Positions 33,886 to 44,607 of a stretch of 64,000 nucleotides of DNA are shown in pieces; the stretch's first letter is position 1, and every line of letters begins with the position of its first letter. Under the pieces are notes generated by a model. That model had not been told where the DNA came from. It saw only the letters and a program-made list of their open reading frames with translations, and made no database searches. The stretch lies in contig CAVJBF010000002.1 in the NCBI GenBank assembly GCA_963647785.1, positions 23,717-87,716 on the forward strand, given 5' to 3'. The translations under genes and the position numbers were made by a program. The stretch is from Acutalibacteraceae bacterium (GTDB lineage Bacteria > Pseudomonadota > Gammaproteobacteria > Burkholderiales > Burkholderiaceae_F).

Positions 33886-35064
33886 TTATTTCTTTTCCGG
33901 CTCAGCCCCGATTTTGAGGCGGACGGAGTCAATGAAGCGGCTGAAGAAGCTGCCTTCGCCGATGTCGTAGAGTGCATAAAGCGGAAAGCTCGCCAGACGC
34001 CGACCTTCAAAATCTACGTGAAGTGTGGCGATTTGGGCGCCTTTTTTTAAAGGCGCCCAGAAAGGATGCAGGTGTTCAATGTTGGTGGAAAGTCCTCCGG
34101 TGCCGCGGCCAGAGAGCTCCTTCTGGCTGATGCTCACCCAGATGTCTTCTGCTGCGCCCACTTCGATGCGATCGCGATTGCCGCCCAACACTTCCAGGCG
34201 GGCAATGGGGGCGCCAGCGTCAAAAAGACGAATGGTTTCGTAATCAGTGCGGCCTTTGACAAAGAGGGACAGCACGGCATTGGCGGAGGCGTCCGTGAGC
34301 GGCCCCGTTTTGTCGCTCAGGTAGACGGCAACCAGCCGGCGATCGACTTCGCTGTTGTTCTTTCGGTAGCTCGAGGAGGCGATGAAGGAGGGAGATGTAG
34401 TCGAACTCATCACGCCATCCACTTCATTGTTGCGCCAGAGGAGCACGTTGCGGCTTCGTTGCGCATTGCCGAGATAGGTGAACGTCTTGTCGGAAAACCA
34501 GCGAAAAATCTCCGGGTATTCGTGGCGGATCGCTTGCGTGAGGATCGCCAGGTCGTGCGAAGTAGAGCGATTGGCGGCGTGCGGAACCGGTGAAGCAAAA
34601 TGGCTCTTGGCGAGTCCGAGCTTTTTGGCTGTCCGGTTCATGGACTCGATGAAGTTTTCACGTGAACTGGACAGGCCGTCAGCGATCGCAAGGCAGGCGT
34701 CTTCTGCACCGACGACAGCGATGGCGTGCAGTAAAACACCGAATTCCGTTTGCAGGCCTGCGGTGAGATAGATGCGTTGCTGGCCAGTGACGGCTGCGGC
34801 TTGCGGAGACACGGTGATTTTTTTTAGAAGTCGGTCTTTTTCTCCGTTTGTGAGCTGCAGGGCCGTATAGATTGTCATGAGCTTTACGAAGTCGTTGGGA
34901 TTGACGACAGCTTCGTCGTTCTCCGACGCGAGAACCATGCCGCTGATGCTGTCGAGAAGCGTCCAGGAGGGGGCGGCCTGTGCAGTCGCCATCAGGCTAG
35001 AGAAGGCCGCGGCTGCTACAAAGCTTGTTCGGCGCAGAAAAGAGGAAAAACCGATGTCCGACAT
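33886..35064 (-). CDS. PBP5/6-family D-alanyl-D-alanine carboxypeptidase homologue with degenerate active-site motifs
   Basis: 392 aa. Signal peptide present. Colinear with E. coli DacA, including the C-terminal domain and amphipathic tail (GSFFSRFIDSVRLKIG). SxxK, SxN and KTG positions read DFVK, GAE and MSS. Confidence 0.75.
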   Translation of the reverse strand: MSDIGFSSFLRRTSFVAAAAFSSLMATAQAAPSWTLLDSISGMVLASENDEAVVNPNDFVKLMTIYTALQLTNGEKDRLLKKITVSPQAAAVTGQQRIYLTAGLQTEFGVLLHAIAVVGAEDACLAIADGLSSSRENFIESMNRTAKKLGLAKSHFASPVPHAANRSTSHDLAILTQAIRHEYPEIFRWFSDKTFTYLGNAQRSRNVLLWRNNEVDGVMSSTTSPSFIASSSYRKNNSEVDRRLVAVYLSDKTGPLTDASANAVLSLFVKGRTDYETIRLFDAGAPIARLEVLGGNRDRIEVGAAEDIWVSISQKELSGRGTGGLSTNIEHLHPFWAPLKKGAQIATLHVDFEGRRLASFPLYALYDIGEGSFFSRFIDSVRLKIGAEPEKK

Positions 35065-35275
35065 CAGAAGGCGTTGATTTGGTGAGGTTGAATCGCTCGA
35101 CGCGGAGAACAGGAGTTGGAAGCTGTCGGGCGGAAGTAATGGTTTTCAGGCAAAATAGGAACTTCTCTGCGGCAGAAGGGATTCTGTGGCAGATTTCTTT
35201 TTAGCCGACGCCGCGTATTGTAAGGATTCAAGGCGCTGCGCTGAAACGGGTTCGGCAGAAACAGGGCGCCTCAAC

Positions 35276-36049
35276 GTGACGGTTTTACTGATTGATTTGG
35301 GCAATACGGCATTGAAGTGGACGACGCTTGACAAGCCGGACGAACCCCATACGCATGTGCACAGCGGCAGTGATGCGGTGTCTGAGTCGCTTCTTGAAGA
35401 GTGGCTCGCGCTGAAGCCTTCAAGAGTCGTCGGCTGTATGGTTTCCAGCGAAACGCTGGCTCTGACGCTCACCCGTTTTTTCAATCAGCACGGCATTGCC
35501 TGGGAGTGGCTTCATTCCGAAGAACGATTCGTCGGAGACTTCACGCTCGTGAACCGATACGAGAACAGCCGGCAGCTGGGAAGCGACCGTTGGTACGCCG
35601 CAGTGGGAGCCGCGGGGCTCTATCCGGGGGAGGCGCTTCTCGTCGTGCACATGGGAACGGCGACAACAGTGGACACGATTCTTCCTGAGGGCGATCACCT
35701 TGCCTTCATGGGCGGCCGGATTCTTCCCGGGCCGCTCATGATGTATGAGGCACTGATACATGGCACCCGGTGCCGTCCGGAAGGTGTGGTGCGCATCGAG
35801 TCGTTTCCGCTTTCGACGGACGCCGCCATCTCCACAGGCATTCTGGAAGCGCATCTGGGGGTTTTTGAGCGTGCGCTGAAGTCTGTGCAGGAACGAGGGC
35901 ATGAAGCGCGTTTTGTCTTTGCGGGCGGGGCGGCGCCTCGCTATGCACCCTATATTCAGGCTGCGTATCCGCAGGCGGTTTTGAAGCACAACATGGTGTT
36001 GCGCGGGCTGGCGCTGAAGGCGCTCTTGAATGGTAAAGGGGCGGACTGA
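35276..36049 (+). CDS. coaX: Type III pantothenate kinase (CoaX)
   Basis: VTVLLIDLGNTALKW start motif with GTG at 35276. The ORF-track ATG at 35186 adds 30 unconserved residues. A GTATT motif is present. Confidence 0.85.
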   Translation: MTVLLIDLGNTALKWTTLDKPDEPHTHVHSGSDAVSESLLEEWLALKPSRVVGCMVSSETLALTLTRFFNQHGIAWEWLHSEERFVGDFTLVNRYENSRQLGSDRWYAAVGAAGLYPGEALLVVHMGTATTVDTILPEGDHLAFMGGRILPGPLMMYEALIHGTRCRPEGVVRIESFPLSTDAAISTGILEAHLGVFERALKSVQERGHEARFVFAGGAAPRYAPYIQAAYPQAVLKHNMVLRGLALKALLNGKGAD

Positions 36050-36702
36050 TGCGCGGTCTGCTTATTGCTTGTTCGATTGTTCTGGCGTCGCTCTCAGTCT
36101 GGGGACTGAAGGACGTTTCGACGGAGGATTTCGGACGCACTGACGTAATGGGCAGTGCACAGATGAAGTTCGAGAAGCATCGGACGGAAAAGACGTCGTC
36201 GGACGAAGCAAAAACGACGGCTGCCGAAGAGTCCTGTCTTGTTTGGGGCGGCTTTCCCGTAGGCGACCTGGTGCGGGTCCGCCTGCATTTGAAGCGGCAG
36301 CGGTTGGAAGACAAGGTCATCATTCAGGACCGATTTGGTCCTGAGCGCTTCATTGCTTATCTCGGACCTTACGACAATCAGACGGCGGTGAGGGCGTTTG
36401 TGAAGCAGTTCCGGCAACAGGGCTTTAGAACTGTTCGTCCCATTTTGTCGGGCGAGCTCTCTTATGGCGTGGAGATCGCCTCCTTCAAGACCCGCGAGGC
36501 TGCGGAGACGTTTCTTTCCGGAAAAAAGGCGCCAGACATGAAGGGCATCAAGATCACAAATCGCTTGGGCGAGCCCACCGGCATGGTGGACCTTGTCTTC
36601 AGCCGTTTGGACGACGGCGAGAAGACAAGGCTTGAGGCGCTGCGGGCGCTCTATCCAAGAACCCTGCTTAACGCTTGCTACCAGACGGAAACGCCGAATT
36701 GA
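36049..36702 (+). CDS. Membrane-anchored hypothetical protein, possibly SPOR-domain
   Basis: 217 aa. N-terminal TM segment. TGATG coupling to coaX. The C-terminal half has SPOR-like periodicity. A SPOR gene after coaX is an arrangement I recall from Burkholderiales. Confidence 0.4.
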   Translation: MRGLLIACSIVLASLSVWGLKDVSTEDFGRTDVMGSAQMKFEKHRTEKTSSDEAKTTAAEESCLVWGGFPVGDLVRVRLHLKRQRLEDKVIIQDRFGPERFIAYLGPYDNQTAVRAFVKQFRQQGFRTVRPILSGELSYGVEIASFKTREAAETFLSGKKAPDMKGIKITNRLGEPTGMVDLVFSRLDDGEKTRLEALRALYPRTLLNACYQTETPN

Positions 36703-37117
36703 GGTATTCGGGAAGCGCCGCAAGAAGCTGTCGGTGTCGATCCTCCCGCTCTTTGACGACAGCCGCTGCAGTCTCCCGCTTTCTAGGAGCCCAGATGGCG
36801 TCCGGAAAGGTGGCGTCATCTGCAAAGCGTGCGATGACATGCCAGTGCACGTGGGGCACCATGTTGCCAAGCTGCGCGAGATTCACTTTAGCGGGCTGCA
36901 TGAAGTCGAGCAGCGCCCTTTCAACGACGTTCACGACGTCCATGAGATGATGTCGGGCTTCGCTGGACAAGTCGCTCATCTCCTTGACGTGAGCCTTCGT
37001 CACCACGCGAATGAAGCCAGGCCAGTTCTTCTCCGCAGCGTCGATGACGAAGAGCGCGTCGTCTTCCCAGAGCACATTCCAGCGGGATCGGTCGCACAAG
37101 GGGCAGTTGTGAGTCAT
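36668..37117 (-). CDS. HIT-family hydrolase
   Basis: 149 aa with histidine triad HVHWHVI. Confidence 0.85.
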   Translation of the reverse strand: MTHNCPLCDRSRWNVLWEDDALFVIDAAEKNWPGFIRVVTKAHVKEMSDLSSEARHHLMDVVNVVERALLDFMQPAKVNLAQLGNMVPHVHWHVIARFADDATFPDAIWAPRKRETAAAVVKEREDRHRQLLAALPEYLNSAFPSGSKR

Positions 37118-37128
37118 GATGAATCTTC

Positions 37129-40100
37129 CTAAACGAGAACGTGTTCAATGCCGTCGGCCTTTACTTCAGAAAGGAAGGCGGCGAGCCAGTGTTCACCGTA
37201 CATGAGGCGGGCCATCTCCACGATGAGAAACTCCGCTTCCGTCCCGACAGCTTCGCTGTAGCGGCTCATGCCCTGATAGCATCCAGGACAGGCAGTAAGC
37301 ACCTTCACTTTGCCAACAAAGCCGTCAGCGGTGAGTCGGGACTTGCGAAGGCGCAGGTCTTCCTCCTTTTTGAAACGCACCTGCGTGGCGATGTCGGGGC
37401 GTCCGACGGCGAAGGTTCCGGCTTCGCCGCAGCAGCGGTCGGTGAGCATCATGCGCGTGCCGTCTGAGGCTTCGAGCAGCGACTGCACCGTTGTGATGGG
37501 AGAGGCAGTGTTAAAGGGGCTGTGGCAGGGATCGTGGTAGAGGTAGCGGGTGTTTTCCGCCCCTCGAAGATGCAGTCCTTTTTCTGCAAGATAGTCGTGG
37601 ATGTCCAGCACGCGGCACCCCGGGAAGATCTCCTCGAAGTGATAGTCCTTGAGGGACTTCAAGCAAGTGCCGCAGGACGCCACCACCGTCTTGATGTCGA
37701 GGTAGTTGAGCGTGTTGGCAATGCGGTGAAAGAGAATGCGGTTGTCGGTGACGATCTTCTGCCCCATGGCGGGAAGGCCGTTGCCTTTTTGCGGAAAGCC
37801 GCAGCAGAGGAACTTTGGCGGAATGACGGTCTGCACGCCGGAGGCAAAAAGCATGGTGAGCACCGCAAGGCCGGCTTCAGGAAAGAGCCGTTCGTTGCCG
37901 CAGCCAGGGAAGTAGAAGACCGCTTCGGCGTCTTTGGCGTCAGGACGACGGATGATCGGAACGGTTGTCGGATCGTTGAGCTTCAGAATGGAGCGCAGCG
38001 TGCGGTGCAGACGCGGTTCAGGGAGTTTTCGGTTTACGAGCGTTACGACCTGTTCGCGCAAAGTGGGCTGACCCGTGGTGTTGAAGGGGCGTGCGAGCGT
38101 CGGAGCTGCGAGTTTTTTGGCGAGATCGGCGGCTTTTCGTTCGGTTTTGAAGCCGAGGTCTACCATGCCCTTTCGCGCAATCTCCACGGCGCGAGGGTTG
38201 GAGAGCGCCAGAAACTGCATGCCGGTCTTCTTCAACGGATTTTTTGAAGTGCAGTTCATGCGCGAAAGGAAGTTTCTCAAGAGCATGGTCACCTCCCCAA
38301 AGTTGATTTTCACGGGGCAGGGGCGCTGGCACTTCAGACAGACAGTGCAGTGATCGGCAATGTCGGAAAAGGAAAGCAGGTGCTCGAAGTTGACGCCGCG
38401 ACGGGTTTGAGACTCGTAAAGAAAGGCCTCTGTGAGAAGGCTCACGGCGATGATTTTGTTGCGTGGCGAGTAGAGAAGCCCTGCGCTCGGAACGTGCGTT
38501 GTGCAGCGGGACTTGCATTTGCCGCAGCGAAGGCAGTTTTTCACCGCGTCACTGATCGCCTTCAATTCCGTTTGCTGCATGATGAGCGATTCGGCTGTGA
38601 GCAGGTTGAAGCTTGGCGTGTAGGCGTTCTCCAGCCCGAGCTTCAGTTTGCCGCGATTGAAGCGGCGCTGCGGATCCACGCGATCAAGGTAGTCGTAGAA
38701 GGGCTCAAGCTCTTCAGGTGGCAGAAACTCGATTTTGGTGAGCCCAACGCCGTGCTCGCCTGTGATGGAGCCTCCGAGCGCCTTGGCGGTCTTCATCACG
38801 AGATGAACAGCTTTTTGCCCCAGCTGCATCATGGCGTAGTTGTCGGAATTTAGCGGCACATTTGTGTGCACGTTGCCGTCGCCAGCGTGCATGTGCAGCG
38901 CAATGAAGACGCGGCCGCGGAGTACTTTGGCGTGGATGGCGTCAAGCTGCGCGCGGATTTTTTCAAAAGCGTCGCCGGCAAAGATATGGAAAAGACGGCT
39001 TCTTAGTTCTTTTTTCCAGGAGATGCGAACAATTCGATCGTAAATAACGTCAAAAACTTTCTTCTGACGGTAATTTTCAAAAACATTGTCATTGGCGCTG
39101 ATGCCGAGCTTTTCTAGTTCGGACGCCGCATCGCGCCACTTTTCGTCCAGATGGGCAAGAACATAGCTCCAGCGTGCTATGACGGACTCAATGACGCCGA
39201 GTGCTTCAGGAACGGTGGTGTCCAGCAGCTCCTTCTTGGTGACGCCTGCCGTCATCGTGGGGTTCCCGAGCGAAATGTAGCCTTGCAGGTAGTCGCGTGC
39301 GGCACGAGCCATGTCAAGCTTGTTGGCGATTGAGCATTCAATGTTGAAGCGTTCGCAGGTGAGCGTGTATTCGCCGATGCGATCCAAAGGAATCACTACG
39401 TCTTCATTGAGCTTGAAGGCATTGGTGTGCGCACTGATCGCCGCCGTGCGGCTGCGCTCATGCCAGAACTTGAAGCGTTCGGACTCCGTCTTTGCAATGA
39501 AGCCTTCGCCGTTTCTGGTGGTGCAGATCTCTACTACGCGGGCGGTTATTTCGTCGAGCGCCGCTTCGTCGTCGCCCACGATGTCGCCCACCAGCACCAT
39601 CTTCGGATATTCGCCGCGACGACTCTTCACAGGATAGTTGACAGCACGCAGGTAGCGGTCGTCAAGGTGTTCGAGGCCAGCGAGCATGCACCCCTGGGGG
39701 TGAGTGTCGAGAAGTTGCGTGATTTCCACGATGGCGGGGCCGGCGAGCCCCGCGGCGCCGAAAAACTCCAGACATACGGTGCGGGCGCAGGGCGGCATCT
39801 TGTGCAGGATCCAGGTGGCGGAGGTGATGAGGCCGTCGCAGCCTTCCTTCTGTACGCCGGGCAGTCCCCCAAGGCACTTGTTGGAGACGTCTTTGCCGAG
39901 TCCCTTCTTGCGGAAGGAGGCGCCCGGCATCCTCAGCACGTCCGTGCGCAGCACGCGCGCTTTTTCCGGATCTCTTTCATGGCCGTCCTTGAGGGTGATT
40001 TCCCAGACGACTTCCTCCTGCTTGTGAATCTTGCCGAGGTTGTGGTTGATGCGGACGACTTCGAGCCAATTGCCGTCGGGGTTCACCATGCGGAACCGTG

Positions 40101-41031
40101 CCAGATTGTCTACGGCAGTTCCCCAGAGAACAGCCTTTTTGCCGCCGGAATTTTCACTGATGTTGCCGCCCACGGAGCTTGCATCGGCGCTGGCTGGGTC
40201 CACGGAGAAGACGAGGCCGTCTTCGGCTGCTGCTTCCGTAACACGTCTTGTTACGGCGCCCGAGCCAGTGTCGATGACGGGGGTTGGAGTGGAGTGGCCG
40301 GGCAAAACCATCTCTCGGGCTCGACCAATGTGGTTCAGTTTTTCTGTGTTGATGACGACGCTCATGGCGGTCATTGGCACAGCGCCGCCGGTGTAGCCTG
40401 TGCCGCTGCCTCGCGGAATGATCACGAGGCCGAGATCAATGGCGGTGCGGATGAGATCGGGTATTTCATTTTCGCTGTCGGGCGTGAGAACAACAAAGGG
40501 AAACTCCACGCGCCAGTCAGTGGCGTCGGTGACGTGGCAAGCGCGGGCGAATCCGTCAAAGCGGATGTTGTCTTCGTTGGTGTACTTTGTGAAAAGTTTC
40601 AGGGCGCGATGTCGCAACTTTTCAATTTTGGGAAATTCTGCCTCAAAGCGGGTGACGGCTTCGTGAGCTTTTTCCAGCAGCTTCCCTACGAGAGCGTCGC
40701 GCTCAGGCTGCGATGGATCACGACGCTTTTCCGTTTCTGCCAAACGATGCTTCAGAGCGTCAATGAGAAGCAGGCGGCGACGGCGGTTGTTTAAAAGGTC
40801 GTCTTGCAGATAGGGGTTCCGTTCGACGGCCCAGATGTCCCCCAGCACTTCGTAGAGCATGCGGGAGGAGCGGCCGGTGCGGCGCTGGCCTCGCAGCTCG
40901 CAGAGGATGCGCCAGGCGTCTTCGCCCAGCAGGCGGCCTACGATTTCCTTGTCGGAAAAGGAAGTGTAGTTGTAGGGAATTTCACGGATGCGATCTAAAG
41001 CGGCTGTCGTCAGAGATTCCTCGCTTTTCAT
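37129..41031 (-). CDS. DUF3683 + FAD-linked oxidase (GlcD-like) + 4Fe-4S/CCG (GlcF-like) fusion oxidoreductase
   Basis: 1300 aa. N-terminal [17 protein letters not shown]-binding PCMH region ([13 protein letters not shown]). Two CxxCxxC clusters ([22 protein letters not shown]). C-terminal CCG-type Cys-rich repeats. Confidence 0.85.
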   Translation of the reverse strand: MKSEESLTTAALDRIREIPYNYTSFSDKEIVGRLLGEDAWRILCELRGQRRTGRSSRMLYEVLGDIWAVERNPYLQDDLLNNRRRRLLLIDALKHRLAETEKRRDPSQPERDALVGKLLEKAHEAVTRFEAEFPKIEKLRHRALKLFTKYTNEDNIRFDGFARACHVTDATDWRVEFPFVVLTPDSENEIPDLIRTAIDLGLVIIPRGSGTGYTGGAVPMTAMSVVINTEKLNHIGRAREMVLPGHSTPTPVIDTGSGAVTRRVTEAAAEDGLVFSVDPASADASSVGGNISENSGGKKAVLWGTAVDNLARFRMVNPDGNWLEVVRINHNLGKIHKQEEVVWEITLKDGHERDPEKARVLRTDVLRMPGASFRKKGLGKDVSNKCLGGLPGVQKEGCDGLITSATWILHKMPPCARTVCLEFFGAAGLAGPAIVEITQLLDTHPQGCMLAGLEHLDDRYLRAVNYPVKSRRGEYPKMVLVGDIVGDDEAALDEITARVVEICTTRNGEGFIAKTESERFKFWHERSRTAAISAHTNAFKLNEDVVIPLDRIGEYTLTCERFNIECSIANKLDMARAARDYLQGYISLGNPTMTAGVTKKELLDTTVPEALGVIESVIARWSYVLAHLDEKWRDAASELEKLGISANDNVFENYRQKKVFDVIYDRIVRISWKKELRSRLFHIFAGDAFEKIRAQLDAIHAKVLRGRVFIALHMHAGDGNVHTNVPLNSDNYAMMQLGQKAVHLVMKTAKALGGSITGEHGVGLTKIEFLPPEELEPFYDYLDRVDPQRRFNRGKLKLGLENAYTPSFNLLTAESLIMQQTELKAISDAVKNCLRCGKCKSRCTTHVPSAGLLYSPRNKIIAVSLLTEAFLYESQTRRGVNFEHLLSFSDIADHCTVCLKCQRPCPVKINFGEVTMLLRNFLSRMNCTSKNPLKKTGMQFLALSNPRAVEIARKGMVDLGFKTERKAADLAKKLAAPTLARPFNTTGQPTLREQVVTLVNRKLPEPRLHRTLRSILKLNDPTTVPIIRRPDAKDAEAVFYFPGCGNERLFPEAGLAVLTMLFASGVQTVIPPKFLCCGFPQKGNGLPAMGQKIVTDNRILFHRIANTLNYLDIKTVVASCGTCLKSLKDYHFEEIFPGCRVLDIHDYLAEKGLHLRGAENTRYLYHDPCHSPFNTASPITTVQSLLEASDGTRMMLTDRCCGEAGTFAVGRPDIATQVRFKKEEDLRLRKSRLTADGFVGKVKVLTACPGCYQGMSRYSEAVGTEAEFLIVEMARLMYGEHWLAAFLSEVKADGIEHVLV

Positions 41032-41089
41032 GGGGGGCCTTTTTTAGTAGGAAGGTGTTCGGGGAATTTTATCGGCAGCCTCGGCGCCG

Positions 41090-41350
41090 TTAGTTGGAGG
41101 CATTTCGTATAAGACGGCGCAATCCCTTTTCAATTGGTCGATCCACGAGGTGGTAGACGCCGCTGCCGTCGTCCACCACGTCAAAGTCCCATTTCTTGTT
41201 GCCTCGCATGTCTTCGAGCCAGACATTGAGCGGCAGGTCGAGTTCATCGACATTGCCGTTGATGAAGCTCTCCGCCTCATAGGGCGTGGCAAAGTTCTCC
41301 CAGAATTCGCCGTAGTCCACGATGACCTGAACGACAAGATCGCGACGCAT
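41090..41350 (-). CDS. Small acidic hypothetical protein
   Basis: 86 aa. TAAGGAGCAGTCATG junction: the peptidase stop is followed by AGGAG 6 nt before the ATG. The ORF fills the intergenic gap exactly. No family recognised. Confidence 0.55.
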   Translation of the reverse strand: MRRDLVVQVIVDYGEFWENFATPYEAESFINGNVDELDLPLNVWLEDMRGNKKWDFDVVDDGSGVYHLVDRPIEKGLRRLIRNASN

Positions 41351-41359
41351 GACTGCTCC

Positions 41360-42766
41360 TTACGGCATGGCGTGAAGAAGATTTGCCACAGCGGTCGTGA
41401 GCTTGGCGGTGTAGCTGATGTCAAGCATTTCGTCGGGACCGTGGGCGTTGGAAGCCGGGCCAAGGACGCCGGTGACGAACATCTGAGAACCGGGAAATGT
41501 GTCTGCGAAGAGGTTCAGAATGGGAATGGAGCCGCCTTCGGCGATGTAGGCAGAAGGAGCGCTGAAGACAGAGCGGCCGATCTCTTCAACGGCCTTTTTA
41601 AACCAAGGAGCTTCAGGGGGAGCATTCCAGCCGCTCGCGGCTTGAGTGTTCTCAATCGAAACTTCCGCACTGTAAGGAATGTTTTCGGTGAGCTTTGCTT
41701 TGAGGCTCGCAAGCGCTTTTTCTGGATTGACGCAGGGCGGAATGCGGATCGAAAGGCGAAGCGCTGTTTCCGGGCGCAGAACGTTGCCCGCTTCCTGCAG
41801 GCAGGGAAGCCCTTCAGCGCCGATGACGGCGAGCTGCGGCTTCCATGTCTGCGCGAGCAAGTTTTCAGAAATCGTGGCAAAGCGCGGCTGCGTGCCGCCA
41901 GCCCAGGGAAAGTCGTCTGTTACTTTGTCTGCCAGAAGTTTTGCCGCTGCATCAATTTGGGTTCGGCGCTCCGCTGGAATGGGACAGTTGAAGGCTGGAT
42001 CGGCGATTTCACCAGTGGCGCAGTCTTCGACGCGAGAAAGGAGCTCACGGGCGATCATGAAGCTTTCGGGCGCGATGCCGGAGGCCGTGCCCGAATGCAG
42101 GCCGTGGCGAAGGACCTTGACGCGCAGTGTAGCGGCGACGATGCCGCGGAAGCTGGCGGTGATCCAGAGGCGCGCATAGTCGCCTGCCGCGCTGTCAAGC
42201 ACGGTGACAAGTCCCACCTTGCCGCAGCGAGAAGCGACCATCGCGAGCCAGTAGGGAAGATCTTCGGACCCCGATTCTTCACGCGTTTCTATCAAGCCGC
42301 AGCAGCGGGGATGCGGCATCTTGGCTTCTTCAAGCGCCTTTACCGCAGTGAGGGCGGCGTAAACACTGTAACCGTCGTCAGCGCAGCCGCGACCGTAGAG
42401 GCGTCCGTCTTCAATAACAGGTTTGAAAGGAGCACGGTCTTTGGTCCAGCCGGCGGCTTCAGGCTGCTTGTCAAGGTGGCCGTAAAAGAAAGCGGCGGTT
42501 TCGGAGGATTCGCCTTGCGCCGGAATGTCGAAAAAGAGGCAGGGCGTCTTTCCCGGGGCTTCCAGCACTTCAAAGGCTGCCTGCGGGAAGCGCTTCTGTC
42601 CCCAGAGGGCGGCCTTCTGGCATGCCGTCTTCAAAAAGCCGTGAGCTTCCCAGTCAGCGTCAAAGGCGGGAGATTTTGCGGGAAGACGAACAAAGTCGAT
42701 CAGTGCGTCGAGCGTGTCGTCCTTCCAATGGTGTTCGATGAGATCCGAAAGAACAGTGTTTTGCAT
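41360..42766 (-). CDS. M20-family metallopeptidase/dipeptidase
   Basis: 468 aa from MQNTVLSDLIEHHW. GHLDKQPE and RGCADDGYS motifs. The ORF-track start at 42916 would overlap rlpA. Confidence 0.85.
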   Translation of the reverse strand: MQNTVLSDLIEHHWKDDTLDALIDFVRLPAKSPAFDADWEAHGFLKTACQKAALWGQKRFPQAAFEVLEAPGKTPCLFFDIPAQGESSETAAFFYGHLDKQPEAAGWTKDRAPFKPVIEDGRLYGRGCADDGYSVYAALTAVKALEEAKMPHPRCCGLIETREESGSEDLPYWLAMVASRCGKVGLVTVLDSAAGDYARLWITASFRGIVAATLRVKVLRHGLHSGTASGIAPESFMIARELLSRVEDCATGEIADPAFNCPIPAERRTQIDAAAKLLADKVTDDFPWAGGTQPRFATISENLLAQTWKPQLAVIGAEGLPCLQEAGNVLRPETALRLSIRIPPCVNPEKALASLKAKLTENIPYSAEVSIENTQAASGWNAPPEAPWFKKAVEEIGRSVFSAPSAYIAEGGSIPILNLFADTFPGSQMFVTGVLGPASNAHGPDEMLDISYTAKLTTAVANLLHAMP

Positions 42767-42776
42767 ACCAAATTTC

Positions 42777-44090
42777 TCACTTGAAAGCGGCAAAGGCCGT
42801 TGTTCCCAGACGGTCCGAGATTGTACGAGCGATTTCTCTTGCCTTCGCTTGCGTAGTGTTGCCGACCATGACGCACCAGCGCGCGCCCGAAGGCGCGACG
42901 CGCACGGGTTCAGCAATGCCTTCTGTGGTGAGCATCATTTCCGTATGGGCGGCGAATTCCTGCGCGTTCGTCTTGGTGTCAAAGGCGCCGATTTGCGCGC
43001 CCCATGCAGCCTTCCCGGAATCCAGAAGCTTTAGGTCGCCAGTTCCGGAAACAGTGGTTTCTACGTGGCCTGATTCTGGAAAGACGCTGTCAAAGGATGC
43101 CTCATTTTCAACGGTTGATGCGGAGGGAAAGGCATTGACGACGTCGTCTTCAGAAGGCACCAGCGAAGCGAGTGGATCCGGTGTGGCAACAGAGGATGCT
43201 GCGGCTGTCTCTGTTGTCGGCGTCGTGGTGTTTTCTGCAGGAAGGTAAGAGGCGATCGTGTCTTCAATGCGGTGGGATTCAGCGTCAATATTGCGGCTTG
43301 AAGCGCTGGGAAGCGTTGCTGCAGTTTGTTCGGCGGACGGCAGCGTCTGCAAGGGGGCGCTGTTCTGGCGCATGGTTTCCTTGGAAGCGCCTGAGCCTTC
43401 AGAAGAGCGGGAGGTGCTGACGGCGTTTGCGGCGGCGATAGCGGCGCCGGTCCGGCTGGAAGACGCTTTTGATGTAGGTGAATTGTCGGCGGCTAGTGCA
43501 GCGGCGAGTGTCACATTGTTGTGCGTGGCGGCCGGAATGTCGCCTTGAGCGATCTGACGGCGTGTGATGCGCTCGATCCGGACCTTGGTCGTTCCCTTTT
43601 TCTGGTACCCGAGCTTCACGGCGGCGGCATAACTCATGTCGATGGCTCGGCCGCCGATGAAGGGGCCGCGATCGTTGACGCGCACGATGACGCTGCGACC
43701 GTTGGCAAGGTTCGTGACCAAGGCATAGCTTGGAAGCTCCATCGTTGGGTGCGCGGCCGTCATGGCGTACATGTTGTAAATCTCGCCGATTGCCGTCTTC
43801 TTGCCATGGAATTGCTTGCCGTACCAGCTGGCGGTTCCCGTCTGGGTGAAGGACTTGTCGCCTGTCATTGGCGTAAAGCTCTGGCCCATCACTCGGTAGG
43901 GGCGGTTGGCAAATTTGTGGGCAGGCTCGACGCGGATCTTCACGGCGCCCGTGCTGCCGGCACGCCAGGCGCTCACAGAGGAAGGGGGGCCGTCCTTGTC
44001 AAAGTACTTGCCGCTGTTGGAAGTGGACGAGCAGCCGGCGAGGCTTGCGGCAATGAGAAAGGAAAGCCAGCAAAAATGTTTCTGAACCAT
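42777..44090 (-). CDS. rlpA: Septal ring lytic transglycosylase RlpA (lipoprotein; DPBB + SPOR domains)
   Basis: Lipobox LAGCSS. DPBB core ASWYG..FHGKKTA.GE.Y......AAH..LP....V.V.N..NG....VRVNDRGPF. Long Ser/Thr/Ala-rich linker and C-terminal SPOR-like domain. Confidence 0.9.
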   Translation of the reverse strand: MVQKHFCWLSFLIAASLAGCSSTSNSGKYFDKDGPPSSVSAWRAGSTGAVKIRVEPAHKFANRPYRVMGQSFTPMTGDKSFTQTGTASWYGKQFHGKKTAIGEIYNMYAMTAAHPTMELPSYALVTNLANGRSVIVRVNDRGPFIGGRAIDMSYAAAVKLGYQKKGTTKVRIERITRRQIAQGDIPAATHNNVTLAAALAADNSPTSKASSSRTGAAIAAANAVSTSRSSEGSGASKETMRQNSAPLQTLPSAEQTAATLPSASSRNIDAESHRIEDTIASYLPAENTTTPTTETAAASSVATPDPLASLVPSEDDVVNAFPSASTVENEASFDSVFPESGHVETTVSGTGDLKLLDSGKAAWGAQIGAFDTKTNAQEFAAHTEMMLTTEGIAEPVRVAPSGARWCVMVGNTTQAKAREIARTISDRLGTTAFAAFK

Positions 44091-44308
44091 GGGCGTCTGA
44101 GAAGAGAGGGACGGGCAGAGCGAAAATCCTGCTTTTTAGGAATCAGCGCCGCCACCCGTAATGCTAGACTGTCGAACGCTCAAAAACCGCTGTTTTTCAG
44201 GCTCTGTTGCAGAACTTTTCAACTGCGTCGGGGGTGATGAAGAACGGTGCAGTTCATGCTTGGGTTTCCAACGCTTTAATTTCCGCATAGAAAGTAGCAG
44301 GTAAGAAC

Positions 44309-44596
44309 ATGTCCCTCGGATTGGATGATGTTCGCCGCATTGCCGAGCTCGGCCACATCGACATCAGTGATGACGATGCCGTGCGCATGCAGGGCGAACT
44401 CAACGACATTTTCAAAATGATCGAACGCATTCAGGCCGTCAACACCGACGGCGTGGAGCCGATGATGCATCCTCATGACGGCGTGCAGCGCCTGCGTGAA
44501 GATGCCGTGGTGTTTGGCGATGACCGCGAAGAAAATATGAAGAATGCGCCGGAAGAATACGAAGGGCTCTTTCTGGTGCCCCGCGTGGTGGAATAA
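44309..44596 (+). CDS. gatC: Asp/Glu-tRNA amidotransferase subunit C
   Basis: 95 aa. First gene of gatCAB. Confidence 0.93.
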   Translation: MSLGLDDVRRIAELGHIDISDDDAVRMQGELNDIFKMIERIQAVNTDGVEPMMHPHDGVQRLREDAVVFGDDREENMKNAPEEYEGLFLVPRVVE

Positions 44597-44607
44597 GGAG
44601 TGCCGCT

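Noticed and set aside
36094-36870. 258-aa minus-strand ORF covering the putative SPOR-like gene and part of the HIT gene region.
   Set aside because: It overlaps the HIT gene out of frame and has low-complexity Arg/Leu/Ser composition. The plus-strand ORF is start-stop coupled to coaX and has a signal-anchor, so it is the more credible gene, though itself only moderately supported.
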